Below are positions 26,802-39,800 of a DNA stretch of 64,000 nt, one piece after another (within the stretch, counting starts at the first letter, position 1; the number at the start of each line of letters is the position of its first letter). Under the pieces are notes generated by a model. The model was not told the origin of the DNA. It did no database searches and saw only the letters and a program-made list of their open reading frames with translations. This stretch comes from Paraspadella gotoi (Eukaryota; Animalia; Chaetognatha): NCBI GenBank assembly GCA_051294375.1, contig CM119266.1, positions 17,788,087-17,852,086 of the forward strand, given 5' to 3'. A program made the translations under genes and the position numbers.

Positions 26802-27604
26802 TTGTTTTTTCCGTTCGTATTTTTTTTAATTTTTTTTTTTAAAGGAGCGAGGGTTTTATTTTTTTTATCTTCGTTTTGAGTGTGTTTTGTTTCAAATCAC
26901 GTACACCTTTAGTAGTTTTTTCTCTTTAGAATTTTTAAACAAATTTGTTATATTTTTATTTACAACGAAGTCATTTGTTGATAAAAAAAAACGAATTTCC
27001 ACTTTCGCACATTTTTGCTAACAAAGCGCGTTTTTTTAAAAAAAAAGTAGTTGACTCGTACTCGGTCTGCCCCTTTCTCTCTTTCCCTTCGGAAGTCCCT
27101 CATCCTCTCAGAACAAAAAGTGAATTAACAAATTCTTATTAAATTTGTCTTTGTACAGATTTAATATGGAAATAACTGTGGACAAAAACTTTTCCTCCTG
27201 CTCTGTTTCTTTTAATAAGGTCGTTTAATTTATGGTGTAATGAGTAATAAAAAAATTAGCATTCAGCCATTCTTAATTAGTTTCATTCTCCCTTTTTTCA
27301 TTTCTCTCTCGATTCTTTCCCCATTCTCCATTCTTTTTAAAGCTACTAGGTCCAACCGCAAAGTAGAAAGTAATTATCGATTTCCGGCCCAAAATATTAT
27401 TATAAATCATATTGCATTTTTAGAAATGTGAAAATAAAATGAGAAAAAAATCGAGAAAAAACGAAACAAAAAAAATGAGGAGATTGATTGATTAAATGAT
27501 CGGAGAAGCTTAAAAAAAGGAAAAAACAAAACCTGACCTTTGGCCTACGCCCCTGACCGACGTCTCTCTTCTTAAGTTAATCCCCTCGCGTCGACGAGAC
27601 CGCC

Positions 27605-29114
27605 ATGTCGGGTCGCGGAAGCCACGGCGGCGGCCGGACTAAACGCTCCAAGCCCGACGAAGGGTCTTGGGACTGCACGGTCTGCACTTTCCACAACGCG
27701 CCCGACGCCTTCAAGTGCCTCATGTGCGACACCCGGAAAGGGACGTCCACGCGGAAGCCGAAGCTCAACTCGCACCTGGAGGAGCAAGTGGAGCAGGTGC
27801 CGCTGAGGGGGTGTTGTTAGGGTTAAAAGGGTTTAGGGTTAGATTAATTAGGTAATATTTTTTTAAAAATAAGTATTTTTAAGTGATTTTTCAAAAGCCG
27901 CCAAAACCGCGGTCGGCGAAAGTAAAATTTAGCCGATTTTTCTTTGTTCGTGGGTCAAATTCCTTAGGTCGTCCGCCAATTCAGTCATCAGGCGAAAAAG
28001 CCACGCCTCTCCTCCACCGCCTCCTTCCGCGACGCACCCTCCCCACCCTCACCCGCCTCGCCCTTCGATCCGACCTTCGAAGACCGCCCCTTCTTGGCCG
28101 GAAAGGGCAAAGGGGTCGGAAAGGGCAAAGGCCGAGGTGGGGCCGGCGCTGGACAGGTCAAGAGGTTGCCCGTTCCAGTTGTGGAGGACGACGAGGAGGA
28201 AGACGACGATGAGGACGAGGAGGAAGAGGAGGAGGAGGAGGAAGAGATGAGGAGGGAGGAGGAGAAGAGGAAGAGAGCGACGGCGGCGGCGGCGAAAGCG
28301 AAGGCGAAAACGACGGAGAAAAAGACGACGACGACAACGACGACGACGAAGAAGACAAACAAAACGGACGTCGAAAAGTCGGTGAAAAACGAGGAGACCG
28401 ACAAAAAGGCGGGGCTCAAGACCGACGAGCAGACAGACGAAAGGGCGAAGGGTCGATTGGCGGCCGAAGCGAGAGAAACGAGGAAAGAAGAGGCGAAGGA
28501 GGAAAAGGAGGAAGGGAAGGAGGAGAGGAAGGGGAAGAAAGGAGGAGAGGAGACGGAGAGGAAGAGGAGAGCTACGAGGTAAATTACATTTTTTCCTTAT
28601 TGGTTTTACTGTCTTTTCTCTGTCTGTCTGTCGGTCTGTCAACATTTCATTTAAGAAGGTAAGCTAAGATATAGATAAGTCTTACGTAAAAAGGTTTCGT
28701 CTAAATTACGAAAGGAAGAATGATAGAAGCGGCCCACGCGACTGGTTTATCAACGCTGGCTACAACGTCCTTGATTATTTAACTTTTCACGTGAATTTTT
28801 TTTTTTCTCTCTCCTTTTTCTCTTTTTTTGTCTCCAGATTAAAAAACGTTGATCGCAGCACGGCGCAACAGATGGCGGTGACGGTGAACAACATCACCGT
28901 CATCATCACAGACTTTAAACCCAAATCCGGGACAGCCACAGCGGGAACCACAAAAAGCGGTGCCGCCGAAGCCAAGATTAAACTCGAACAAAAGATTCAG
29001 ATCGACGTCGCGGCGTCGGACGGGGGCGGCGCCGTCACCACTGCCGCGAATCAGCAGCCTCACGGAAAGAAAATAAAGACTGAGAAAAAATCAGACCTAA
29101 ATGGTGTTCCTTGA
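27605..29114 (+). CDS. YAF2: YAF2/RYBP Polycomb (ncPRC1) subunit, 3 exons, with long low-complexity middle exon
   Basis: RanBP2-type finger [34 protein letters not shown] and C-terminal [30 protein letters not shown]. Confidence 0.92.
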
Positions 29115-30099
29115 CGACAGTCACCCACCCCCCCCCATCTTACCTCCCGATTCTTCGCCTCTTCAATCCCCGCCGCCTGCCCCGGCCCGTTCATTTGCCA
29201 ATTTCTTTATTTCTCCCTTTTAGCTCAATAATATTTCTATACATAATACATTTCTTCCTCTTTCCCCTTCCTCTACTTAGTTCATCGAGCCACTCTTTCG
29301 AGTAAAATCCCATCCGTTTCTCGAACAAAAACAACAAAAACATCAAACAACCAACTACAGCCTCGATCACGGCGTGAAATTCTTTCTTACTTAAAAGTAT
29401 TATTAATCATATCTCCATTGATTTATGCTTTGACTTCCGTATTTTTTTGAATCTGGGAAAAAGAAACCGCCTTGGTTTCGTTACCTTTATATTTATGAAA
29501 TTGTTACATAACCATATAAAAATTGTGCCCGTATAATTAAATAGTTCACGATGGGAAATACTTAGTCTCCTTTTAGTCGGTAATTGCTTTGATCTTGCGT
29601 ATGGTATGTTTTTGAAATTTTATACAATTGTTTTAATGCGATTTAATTTCAAATGAATATAAAAAGAGCGGTAGACCCTCAATCAAAACTCTATGCTATA
29701 AATTAATTAAATCATCATTTTGCTGTCAGAAAAAAACCTACCCCACTTATCTAATTTTGAATGTCTAGTTTCCATGACGTTAAAATTTTAGTTCGGGTTT
29801 TTTTTTTACAACTTGGATTTAAATTAAATCTTTTTTCATCTACAGTGATTACATCCCAACTCATTATCCGTGTTTCATCTCTTTTCGTTAATTTATACAT
29901 CGTCCTTGATCCTTCGTATTTTTTTTTAACAGCGTGTCATTCGCCCTACTACAATTAGTCCAATTGCTTTCCCCTCCTCCCTTCCATTCTCATTTATTAC
30001 AAATAAACTATTTCTTCCATTTTTATTCTTTCCAGCTTCGCTTAAAAAAAAGAGCTTATTTATTACCAATTTTGTCAACCTAAGGACATAGTACGATAA

Positions 30100-33000
30100 A
30101 TGATGGCGGCGGCAGCGCTTCCGGCTGATCTGCAAAAACTGGTCCACGACGCCAAGATCCTTGTTGTCGGCGCCGGAGGAATCGGCTGCGAACTTCTCAA
30201 GAACCTCGTCCTCACGGGATTCACGGATTTGGAGGTGATTTGTGGGCGAACGAGGAGTTGATGTGGTCATTTTGTGTGCGAACCAGGCGTTGTTGCGGTC
30301 ATTTTTTGATCGTCATCTTTCTCATCTTCCCTCTCCAACTCCATCAGGTGCTCGACCTGGACACCATTGACGTCTCCAATCTCAATCGCCAGTTCCTCTT
30401 TCAAAAAGAGCACGTGGGAAAGTCCAAGGCCGAAGTGGCTCGTCAGAGCGCGCTCGCCTTTAACCCCGCAGCTCGCATCGTCGCCCACCATGATAACGTT
30501 ATGAGCGCCGAATACGGGTTAGAAAATATTTTACATTTATTTTTTTAACTTCATAACATGCACCGAAAGTATTATTATGAATAAATTTAATTTTATAATG
30601 GAGAAGACAGTGAATTTAAATTAAATTAAATTTATTCATAATAATTAATAGATTTTATATTACTTTAATTAGCATATTGTAGGGAATGTATTTAAAATAG
30701 CCTTCTTTTTTAGCATTTTCGTGTAAATATTTTTTCTTATCTTGTCATCTAATGTTTTTTATTATTATCCGTGATCTTTATTCTTTGTACATTTTCCTTT
30801 TAATTTTTCAATCTGCCTTAACCTCTAAATAAGTCATTACATTGATTCTATGAGTAAGGGATTTAAAGATATTCCATTAATGTTGTAATAAATGGAGACA
30901 TTCTTTAACGAAATATTGAGGGCCCAAGTGCCAGGCAACCCGGTTGTTGCTATAAGTAGTTAGCCTTAATCTCGAACACGCAACTGCTGGGCTCAGTGCG
31001 CCCGTATGCCACTGTCCAAGTTTGACGCCCCGCATGATCCCATGCCTATGCCCTACAACCAATCAACCGCCTCCAGAGTATGCATCCCACGCTTATGCCC
31101 TACAACTCAGTCACTATAGTGACAGTCTCGTCAGACACCTCTCAGGCCGAGATAACCTGTCTTGGGGATGCTTTGGCAGTATATTCACACCGTCTCCCCT
31201 CCGACTTCATTCAGCCTATTGGCTCAGAGGCGGGGAACACATCATCCCAACCATGCGTTCCATCCACATTTCCACAGTCCTTATTACTTCAAACAAGCGC
31301 ACAAGCCAGACCGACCATGAGTAACCGCGCCAGTGGCATGCAGCGCCACTGAGGGTCAGACACCCAACAGGTGAGATGCCCTACCCAGCTGGGCATCACA
31401 GGCAACATGGCAACCCGGTTGTAGCTATACAAATATATATATATGTATACATGTATAATTGTATATACAGAAGGCTTCATATTATAAAATGTGGTACCCC
31501 TTTTTTGTGACCAGAACACGTTCCAAGCAAATTACTGGACCAAATTTATTTAAATTTGGAATGAACGATCCCTATGTGAATACAAATAGAAATATCGAGG
31601 TGAATTTCAATAATTGACCCCTGAGCCGAGATATGGGCCCTCTGGGGGGTCACCCATTGGGGCAAAAAATGGTCAAAAAATTTCAAATATTTTTGTTTTC
31701 AACAGTTGCACAGACGTTTACTCTTCCACAACAAACCTATTTATTACCTCAAAAATGTTAGTTTACCTTAATTTTCATCCTCATGAACATCAGCTGTTCA
31801 AGTCAGATTTTGAATAATTTTGGAAATTTGGAAGTAAAACGATGAACCATGCATCTTCAAACAATGCTTAATTATTGAAAATTTATCAATTTTAGTTCTA
31901 AAATTTTTTTTTTCATGTTTAAGACGTCAATGCACCTGATGATACTAAAAAATATTAAAATATTTTTTAAAAAAAATTTTTTTAGCCCCCCAGGGGTCCA
32001 GTCCCAGGACCCTGTATATATTGTCGGGGGTTGAATATCAAAATTCGCCTCGATAGTTCCATTTATATCGTCATTAGGACTGTATATATAAAATTTCATA
32101 AAATTCGATCGAGTACTTTGGTGGGAACAGATTCTGGTCACAAAAAATGGGTACCACATTTTATAATATGAAGCCTTCTGTATATGCATATAAATATTTC
32201 TTTTTCTCTCGCCTCAGCGTGGACTACTTCCGGTCTTTCACGATGGTCATGAACGCCCTTGACAACCGCGCCGCGCGGAACCACGTCAACCGGATGTGTT
32301 TGGCCGCGGACCGACCGCTGCTGGAGAGCGGGACGGCCGGCTACTTGGGTCAAGTCACCCTCATCAAGAAGGGGGCGACCGAGTGCTACGAGTGCGTCCC
32401 CAAGCCGAGACAGAAAACTTTCCCCGGCTGCACCATCCGCAACACCCCGTCCGAACCCATTCACTGCATCGTCTGGGCCAAACATCTCTTTAACCAACTC
32501 TTCGGCGAGGAGGATCCCGACCAGGATGTCTCGCCCGACACGGAGGATCCAGAACTTGCCGGCCAGGCGGGTGAGAGAGAATTTTGTATTGTGAATTGTG
32601 AATTGAAAGAATTAATTAAAAAGAAAATAATATTCATATTCATTACATGTTGCATCTTCATCTTCCTCAAATTTCCCCCGCCTCCCCTGCCTTTCGCTCA
32701 GGAGAAAGCGCCAACTCCAAGGAAACCTTGGAGCGAAAGTCGACTCGCCACTGGGCAAGCGAAGTCGACTACGACCCTCGACGTCTCGTCGCCAAATTCT
32801 TCGCCGAAGACGTCAAGTATCTCCTCTCGATGGAGAATCTCTGGAAGAAGCGGAAGCCGCCCACTCCGCTCGACACAGATGTGAGTGGTGTTAAACCAAT
32901 GTTTTCTGTCACGATAATCGACTAAAATTGGTATGCTTTTTCAAGTTTTGTTATTTAAAAGATTGATTTATACATGATTTTATCAATGCTTAATTTCTTC

Positions 33001-35413
33001 CTCCCCCGGGCCCCACCGTCCTTCCAGACAATCTCTACCGGCCTCTCTTCGCCGCCTCCTGCGCCCGGCATTTCCCGCGACCAAACGACTTGGTCCCTTC
33101 ACCAAAATCTTCGCGTCTTCGCTCAGAGCGTCGATACGTTGAAGGCGGATTTGGCGGCGCGGGGCGGCGGTGGCGGCGACATGCTTGTCTGGGACAAAGA
33201 CGACGCCGCCGCGATGGATTTCGTTTGCGCCGCGGCCAACATTCGCTCCTTCATCTTCTCCATCGCCACCAATTCCAGATTCCAGGTGAAATAGGAACGT
33301 TCGGTTTTTGAATTGGTTAGATAAAGGGGTTGTTTTCTTTTAAAAAAAATTTTTAATTTGATCTAATTTTTATTTTAAAACTATTAGTTAATGATTAGTT
33401 AATGAGGGTAACATATAATCATATATTTTTGTTGAAAAGAGCGTAACAGTTGAAATAAGCATCTTCAAAATAAGTTTGGCATTAAGGATATCTCTAAAGC
33501 TGGTAACTTTTTTTTATTGGTTTCAAAAAAATTTGTTTTGCCCAGATAAAATCCATGGCTGGTAACATCATCCCCGCCATCGCCACTACTAACGCCATCA
33601 TCGCCGGCCTCATTGTCATGCAAGGCATTCTCGTGCTTCAGGGATACGCAGACAAATGCCGCACAATCTATCTCAACAGGTGTGGATCCCTCTCTGGTCC
33701 TCATCTCTGTTAGGCGGGAAAAGCATAAACTCTTTGGTTGGTTCCGATAAGGCTAATAAAAAATAAACTTAAGTATTAATAAATATTGATAAATGTCCCA
33801 AAATCTTTAATCAACTATTATCATCAAATACCGTACGAATGAGTAAATTTACAATTAAGACCATGAAATGACCCAGGTATCAAGTTCATCATGACTCAAT
33901 GCCAACACGACTATATGCAAATGAGATAGTCGAACTCAATCTCATTTTACATTGAATCAAAAGTACTTCCCTAACTTTTTCTACTCTTCCCGATTTTAAA
34001 AATAGACAACCCAATCACCGGAAACGGCTCCTCGTCCCCTCCGAACTGGAACGACCCAACCCCAAGTGTTACGTTTGCTCGTCCAAACCGGAAGTGAACA
34101 TCCGGGTCAACTTGGTGCGGATGACGGTGGGAGCGTTCGAGGATAAAGTGTTGAAGGCGAGATTCGGGATGGTGGCACCTGACGCGGAGATTGACGACGG
34201 AAAGGGAACCATCCTCATATCGAGCGAAGAGGGTGAGTTCTTGGAAAGGGGGTTTTGAAAATTGGCGGGAACTGAGTTGGTTTCTCATGGCTTTTTTCTC
34301 TATTTTGGTCAACCCGCTCTTCCTCTACTTATACATTTGCCAGGCGAGACCGAGGCCAACCGGCCCAAGCCTCTTTCTGCCTTCGTCTCTTCCAAGGGAG
34401 TCTGTTTCAAGTGCGACGACTTCCTTCAGAACTACTCTCTCAATGTCTGGGTCCACCACAGCGACGAAGAGGCCCTCGACGCCGACGGAGAGTTTCAATT
34501 GGTCGGCGACGTCAACGAGGACGACCTCAAGGCGAAGGAGGTTGGAGGATTTAGACGGCAAAGCGACGATAATGACCTTGCGTTAAACACTGTCTTTATG
34601 ATCGTTTTCGCGTATTCCATCATCAAAGCGAATTGCAATATGTAAATTTTTTTTTTTTTTGTGTTAGGACAAATCCAATGGAACAAACGGAACCGAAGGT
34701 GTGAACGGATCCGATGGAAAACAAGATCCTGAAAAGGAAAACGGAAATCACGTCGATGACGAGGACGATTTGGTGATGATGGACGCCGATGACTCTGCGG
34801 CCCCCGCCTCACCTAGGTAAGGAGACTCGATACCAGTGCTGCCGCTTTTGAATCTTGAAGCTGATTTTAGGCTTAATGCTGCGACAGTCAATGCGGAGGC
34901 GGTATTGATGCCGATTTATGTGCTGAGATCCAGAACGGTTTTTCGCGGTTTGTGCGATCGTTTTTTGCGCCCTTGTCGCAGAGTAATTTGTGATTAATTT
35001 CAAATGAGATTTGAATCCTTCAATCTAATTTACATATTGTTTGTCGGATTCTTCTCGAGTCGTTCATCCGATTCTGGTCTGATTCTTAATTCTTCTGGGA
35101 TGTAGCAGTGTACATAGATTATTTCTCTTGTTATATTTGATGAAGCGCTGGAGCAGGTGCCTGTTGATTCTTCGTTGACTTGCTTATTATCACTTTTTTC
35201 TATCCCCCTTTTTTGCACGTGTTTATCAAATTTACGCATCTGTTTGGATATCGTCGTTTTCTATTTTTTTTTTCCAACAGGGGGAAAAAGCGCGCTGCCT
35301 CCGCGGACGATGAGGCTGACGCGGAGTCGGGAGTCGAGACAACATTAAAGAAACGCGTCAAGAAATCAATTGAACCGGAAGTGGATGAAGATGACGGCGT
35401 TATCGTCCTTTGA
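30100..35413 (+). CDS. UBA2: SUMO-activating enzyme subunit 2
   Basis: [45 protein letters not shown], catalytic [40 protein letters not shown]. Confidence 0.96.
30934..31429 (+). mobile_element. Partial twister-LTR element: tail of 5' LTR + internal region + 3' LTR (~31172-31429)
   Basis: Direct repeat GGCAACCCGGTTGT(T/A)GCTATA at 30934 and 31409; internal part alignable with 43543-43775; twister-like core ~31305-31370. Confidence 0.75.
31468..32180. mobile_element. MITE with long TIRs, TA-flanked
   Basis: CAGAAGGCTTCATATTATAAAATGTGGTACCC..TTTTTGTGACCAGAA mirrored at ~32130-32180; no ORF. Confidence 0.8.
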
Positions 35414-35945
35414 CCGCGTGGTGGATCTCTCTTTCTGTCTTTCTCTCTCTCTTTGTATGATTGTTATTATTACTCATTAAATTTCGTGAAAAAACTTCAG
35501 TTGGATATAAATTAAAACTGCGTTATTCATTCCATCGATTGAAGTTAGTATTTTCATTTGACAATACAAGATAAATTAGAATGGTGTAGACGAACTTTAC
35601 TTTTTTCGCCCTTTGTTAAAACCTTTTTTTCAAGGTATGTGTTTTTGGTGTTCCAATTTGTTATGACACGGTTTACTACGATTTCTCAAAACGTGTGGGG
35701 GACAGTCGTTGGCTTTGAATCTCTCCCATCTTTACATTTGGGAAAGGTTATTCAACATTTCATTCGCCCAGTTTTTAAAAATCATTTTGTAAAAATATGA
35801 ACTGAACACACTCATTACTTCTCATTTCATTCGTCAGATTTCGCTTCCATCTCAAACTGCAGAAAATTTTAGCGCCAGTTAAAGTTACGTACTTATCGAA
35901 ATTCACCTTACCTCACCCGCTCGTTTTTCAACTTTCGCTGCAACC

Positions 35946-36430
35946 ATGGAAGAGATAAAAAGCCTCGACTTCCACATTTCCTTTTTAGCCTCTATTTTAA
36001 ACGATGACCACAACGACTTTGACGTTACGCTGCGCGGATTTGACGGCGCCACCTTCTACGCCCGTTCCATCGTCCTAAAGAGATAGTTTTCTACCAATTC
36101 TCAGGTGCTGTCCTGAACGTCTTCGTAGAATTCGTCTACAGAGGGCGTGAATTGTCGCGGAAGAACCTACTCTTGCCGACCATCGAAGCCGGCGTCTTTT
36201 TTTTTAGACAAAAGATCTTGTCTAACTTTCTTAAGTAAAAGTCTGTCAGCCACATAGTGAAAGTCATCGACGCCTTCGAACTCGGTTGTCTGCTTATCAC
36301 TTTCCGCCTAGGCGATGGAGTCTCCACAAATTTGGAGTACTCTCCAAGTTGACTAGAGACTTCTCCGACAACAGCCTCGAGTTTTTTTGTCAATCGCAAG
36401 GGACACGTTTACAAAACGGATTCCTCTAAA
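35946..36430 (+). pseudogene. BTB/POZ-domain pseudogene
   Basis: Fragments DFDVTLRGFDGATFYARSIVLK and FSGAVLNVFVEFVYRG typical of BTB domains, interrupted by stops/frameshifts. Confidence 0.55.
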
Positions 36431-36893
36431 TTGATATAATTTGTGGGTTCAAATAAAAGATGTTGGTTAAACAATAAACATTTAACAACCTTTTGGAACC
36501 CGTTCTAAGGATGCAATTTCCAATATATTTCTGTTCTTCCCCGCATAACACCAGCGCCGCCGCCTATTGCTCATATTTAGGAAAACTCTATTTTGTCGAT
36601 ATGGTTAGCGACAATTCGACGAAAGACGAAAATGGATTTTCGAATATTTAGTTTTTTAAGGGTCAAGCTAAGGAACGGCTCTTTTTGTCTTGAAAAGCCC
36701 CTCTGTGTCACTTTTGAATTTGGGAATTTTTGTGATCAGACTTAAATAAAAAGCTATTCACCAAAAGCTTTCTAATATTTTTTTCTCTTAAGATTATTTT
36801 TACAAATAAAACGAATTGGGTTTTTGCAACGATCGCTTCCATCTCATTCGACGCCGCCTCACACTAGACAAACTTTCCAACATTCTATCCGCG

Positions 36894-39800
36894 ATGGTCA
36901 ACGACGGGACGACGCGCATGCGTACTCCCGGCGCCCAAAGACGCCGTCGCGCGGCACCGGAGGTCCGCGACCCTGTTGAGGTGATGTGCCGGTTGCGTCC
37001 GTTGCCTTCGGGTCAGGAAGAGTCCTGCGTCACGGTCGTGGGCGAAACGACGCTGCGTCTCTCGCCGCCCGAACAGTCCAGAGCTTATAACAACAGGTGG
37101 GGGCGCGTGTGTTGGTGGTAATCATAATGGGGAAGTTGAAGGCGAAGAGGGGGTTGGGTTGCTTGAGTACTTGAGGGGCTGGAGCTCGTTTCTAAAGTTG
37201 ATTAGTAAATTAATAATACTGTGCAGATTATAGTAACATTTCCTAATAAAGACTTTGCGCCTATGGCAAGAGGTAGATCGCCTTTGTTACCCGAGACTTC
37301 TTGTTTTAACCCGACGAAGCGGATGTACAGTTACGGGAAATTAAGACGAGAGCAGCGTTTCGGCTGTTTTTTTTTCGAAAACACATCTGGCACAATATAA
37401 CCTCATAATTATCCTTTTTTTCTCTTTTACCTCAGCAAAGACATCGAGTACACCTTCGCCCACGTGATCGACGAATCCGTGACCCAGAGCGCCCTCTTCC
37501 GTCAAGTTGGTCTTCCTCTCGTGGACGACCTTGTCCGCGGCCGCAACGGCCTCCTCTTTACATACGGCATCACCGGGTCCGGCAAGACCTACACTATGAC
37601 TGGCTCTCCCCGTGACGGCGGGATGTTACCCCGATGCCTCGACGCTCTCTTCAACTCGGTCGGGGAGTTCCAGGCCAAGAAGTACGTCTTCAAGCCGGAC
37701 AAGGCCAACGGCTTCGACGTGCAGAGCGAGGTTGGGAGAGGGAGTGGGGAGGGAAAGGGTTGGATTTTGGGGTCGGCTTCAAGGACAATTGGCCAGTGTT
37801 TGTCTGGAAGAAGGAGAGACAGTTTCCATCAATTTAGCTTTTTTCCACTACGAACATGTCCATTGGACACTCGACAGACGGTTTTGATAGTGCATTGAAG
37901 GTACTTTGTCAAGCATTTTGCAGGATGCAGCTGACTCGTCTCTTATTTTATTCAAACGAAAAATTATCATATTCGTTCCCGTCTTCGGCATATAATCTAT
38001 GTAATCTTAATAAATTTTTATTTCTATAATATGCAAATGAACCCAAAACTGCCTTCTTTCTCTTTACTCAGGTGGACGCGATGCTGGAGCGGCAGCAGCG
38101 TGAGATCATGCCGCAGCAGCCGTTCGCTTCGCGTACGCCGCGGCGGGAGGCGGAGTCGATCGATCGTGTCGCGGATCCGTCTAAGATCGAGGATGTCGAC
38201 GAAGACAGCGCCTTCGCTGTAAGAGTGGGGGAATGTTGGATGGGTCAACGAATGGAAACAAAAAGGGAGTAGAAAACTTTTCAAATGTATATATTAAAGC
38301 AATGAGAATTGAGTGGTGCAATTCGGTACTTAAAATAATTCTTAATTTGTAATAATTTTTTTTAAGAATCAGAAACAAGCGCCAATGTTTAAATATTGAC
38401 GACCATACCAGGTTTTCGTCAGCTACTGCGAGATCTACAACAACTACGTCTACGATCTCCTCGAGGATCCGACGCTGGACACCCTCGGCCGCCCCAAGGC
38501 ACCACAGAGCAGGAAGCTGAGGGAGGACGCAGCCAAGGTGCGGATGGTGGGGGCGGGCGTGTGACCGAAATATCTGATTGCGGCTAAAACTAAACTATTG
38601 ATCATTTCGGTGTGAAAAGGGCCCGAATGTATAATTTTAGATGGTAACAATCCTTAACTCTCTCCTTCCTCTCTCTCCTTCCTCTCTCTCCGTCAGGTGA
38701 TGTACGTCGAAAACCTGACGGAAACAGAAGTGAAATCGACGGAGGAGGCTTACGAGGCGCTGATGAAGGGCGACCGCAATCGACGCCGAGCTCAGACCGT
38801 CCTCAACCACGAATCATCCCGGTCTCACTCTGTCTTCAACGTGCGACTCGTTCAAGGGCCGCTCGATCCCGCGGGAGAGGATGTTCTGCTGGATAAGAAT
38901 CAGGTTTGAAGGTTTATAGGTGGATGATAAATGATGATGATGAGGATGATTAATTTTATTATTTTCCAAACTTCCTTCATACTTCTATTCAAAACATCCT
39001 CGATTTCGTTCAACCTCTCTTTTCTTACCAGGTGGCCGTGTCCCAATTGTCCCTAGTGGATCTGGCCGGCAGCGAGCGTCAAGACCGGACCAAAGCGGCG
39101 GGAGATCGACTCAAGGAAGCCGGACAGATCAACAACTCTTTAATGACTCTCCGGGCTTGCATGGAGACTTTGAGAGAGAATCAACAGTCGGGCGCCGGCA
39201 AGATGGTCCGTTTATAGAAGAAAGGGTTTTTTAATTAGGATTTTTTCAATTTCTTGATATGATTGCAAAATTATGAACGCTAGAGAATTGTAAACGTGAA
39301 TAATTATAATTAAGAAGATTTGTGAATAGGATTTGTGAATGAAAAGATTTGTAAATAAGAAGACCATGTCTTAATTCCTTTCTTTTCACCTCGTTTCCTA
39401 TTCCCCTTCCCAGGTTCCCTACCGCGACTCCCGCATCACTCATCTCTTCAAGAACTTTTTCGAAGGCGAAGGAAAAGTGAAGATGATCGTCTGCGTGAAT
39501 CCGATGGCCGGAGATTACGACGAGACGCTGCACGTCATGAAGTTCGCCGAGATGACTCAGGTGGCGGAGGGATATTGAGTTCATTAATCTCATTTGCATA
39601 TTGTACCATGATGGAAAAAAAATTGTCGCTGTTTGGAAAAGTCGATTAATTTTATTATCAAATATATTTTTTGGTTGGTAAATAGGTTTTAATATAATAT
39701 GACCTTTAAACTGAATAAAAATATTATTTTTTAATAGTATAAAATTTTTTAATGTATACAAATACTTCCAAAAAAGGTTGTTTCCAACTGTTTTTACTTC

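Noticed and set aside
27815-27853. Telomere-like TTAGGG repeats in YAF2 intron 1
   Set aside because: Only two exact units in a degenerate tract; fits the general G-rich 5' intron ends
27988-28645. Long minus-strand ORFs over YAF2 and other antisense/alternative-frame ORFs in the track
   Set aside because: Shadows of GC-rich exons or microsatellite translations (SLSL/ERER)
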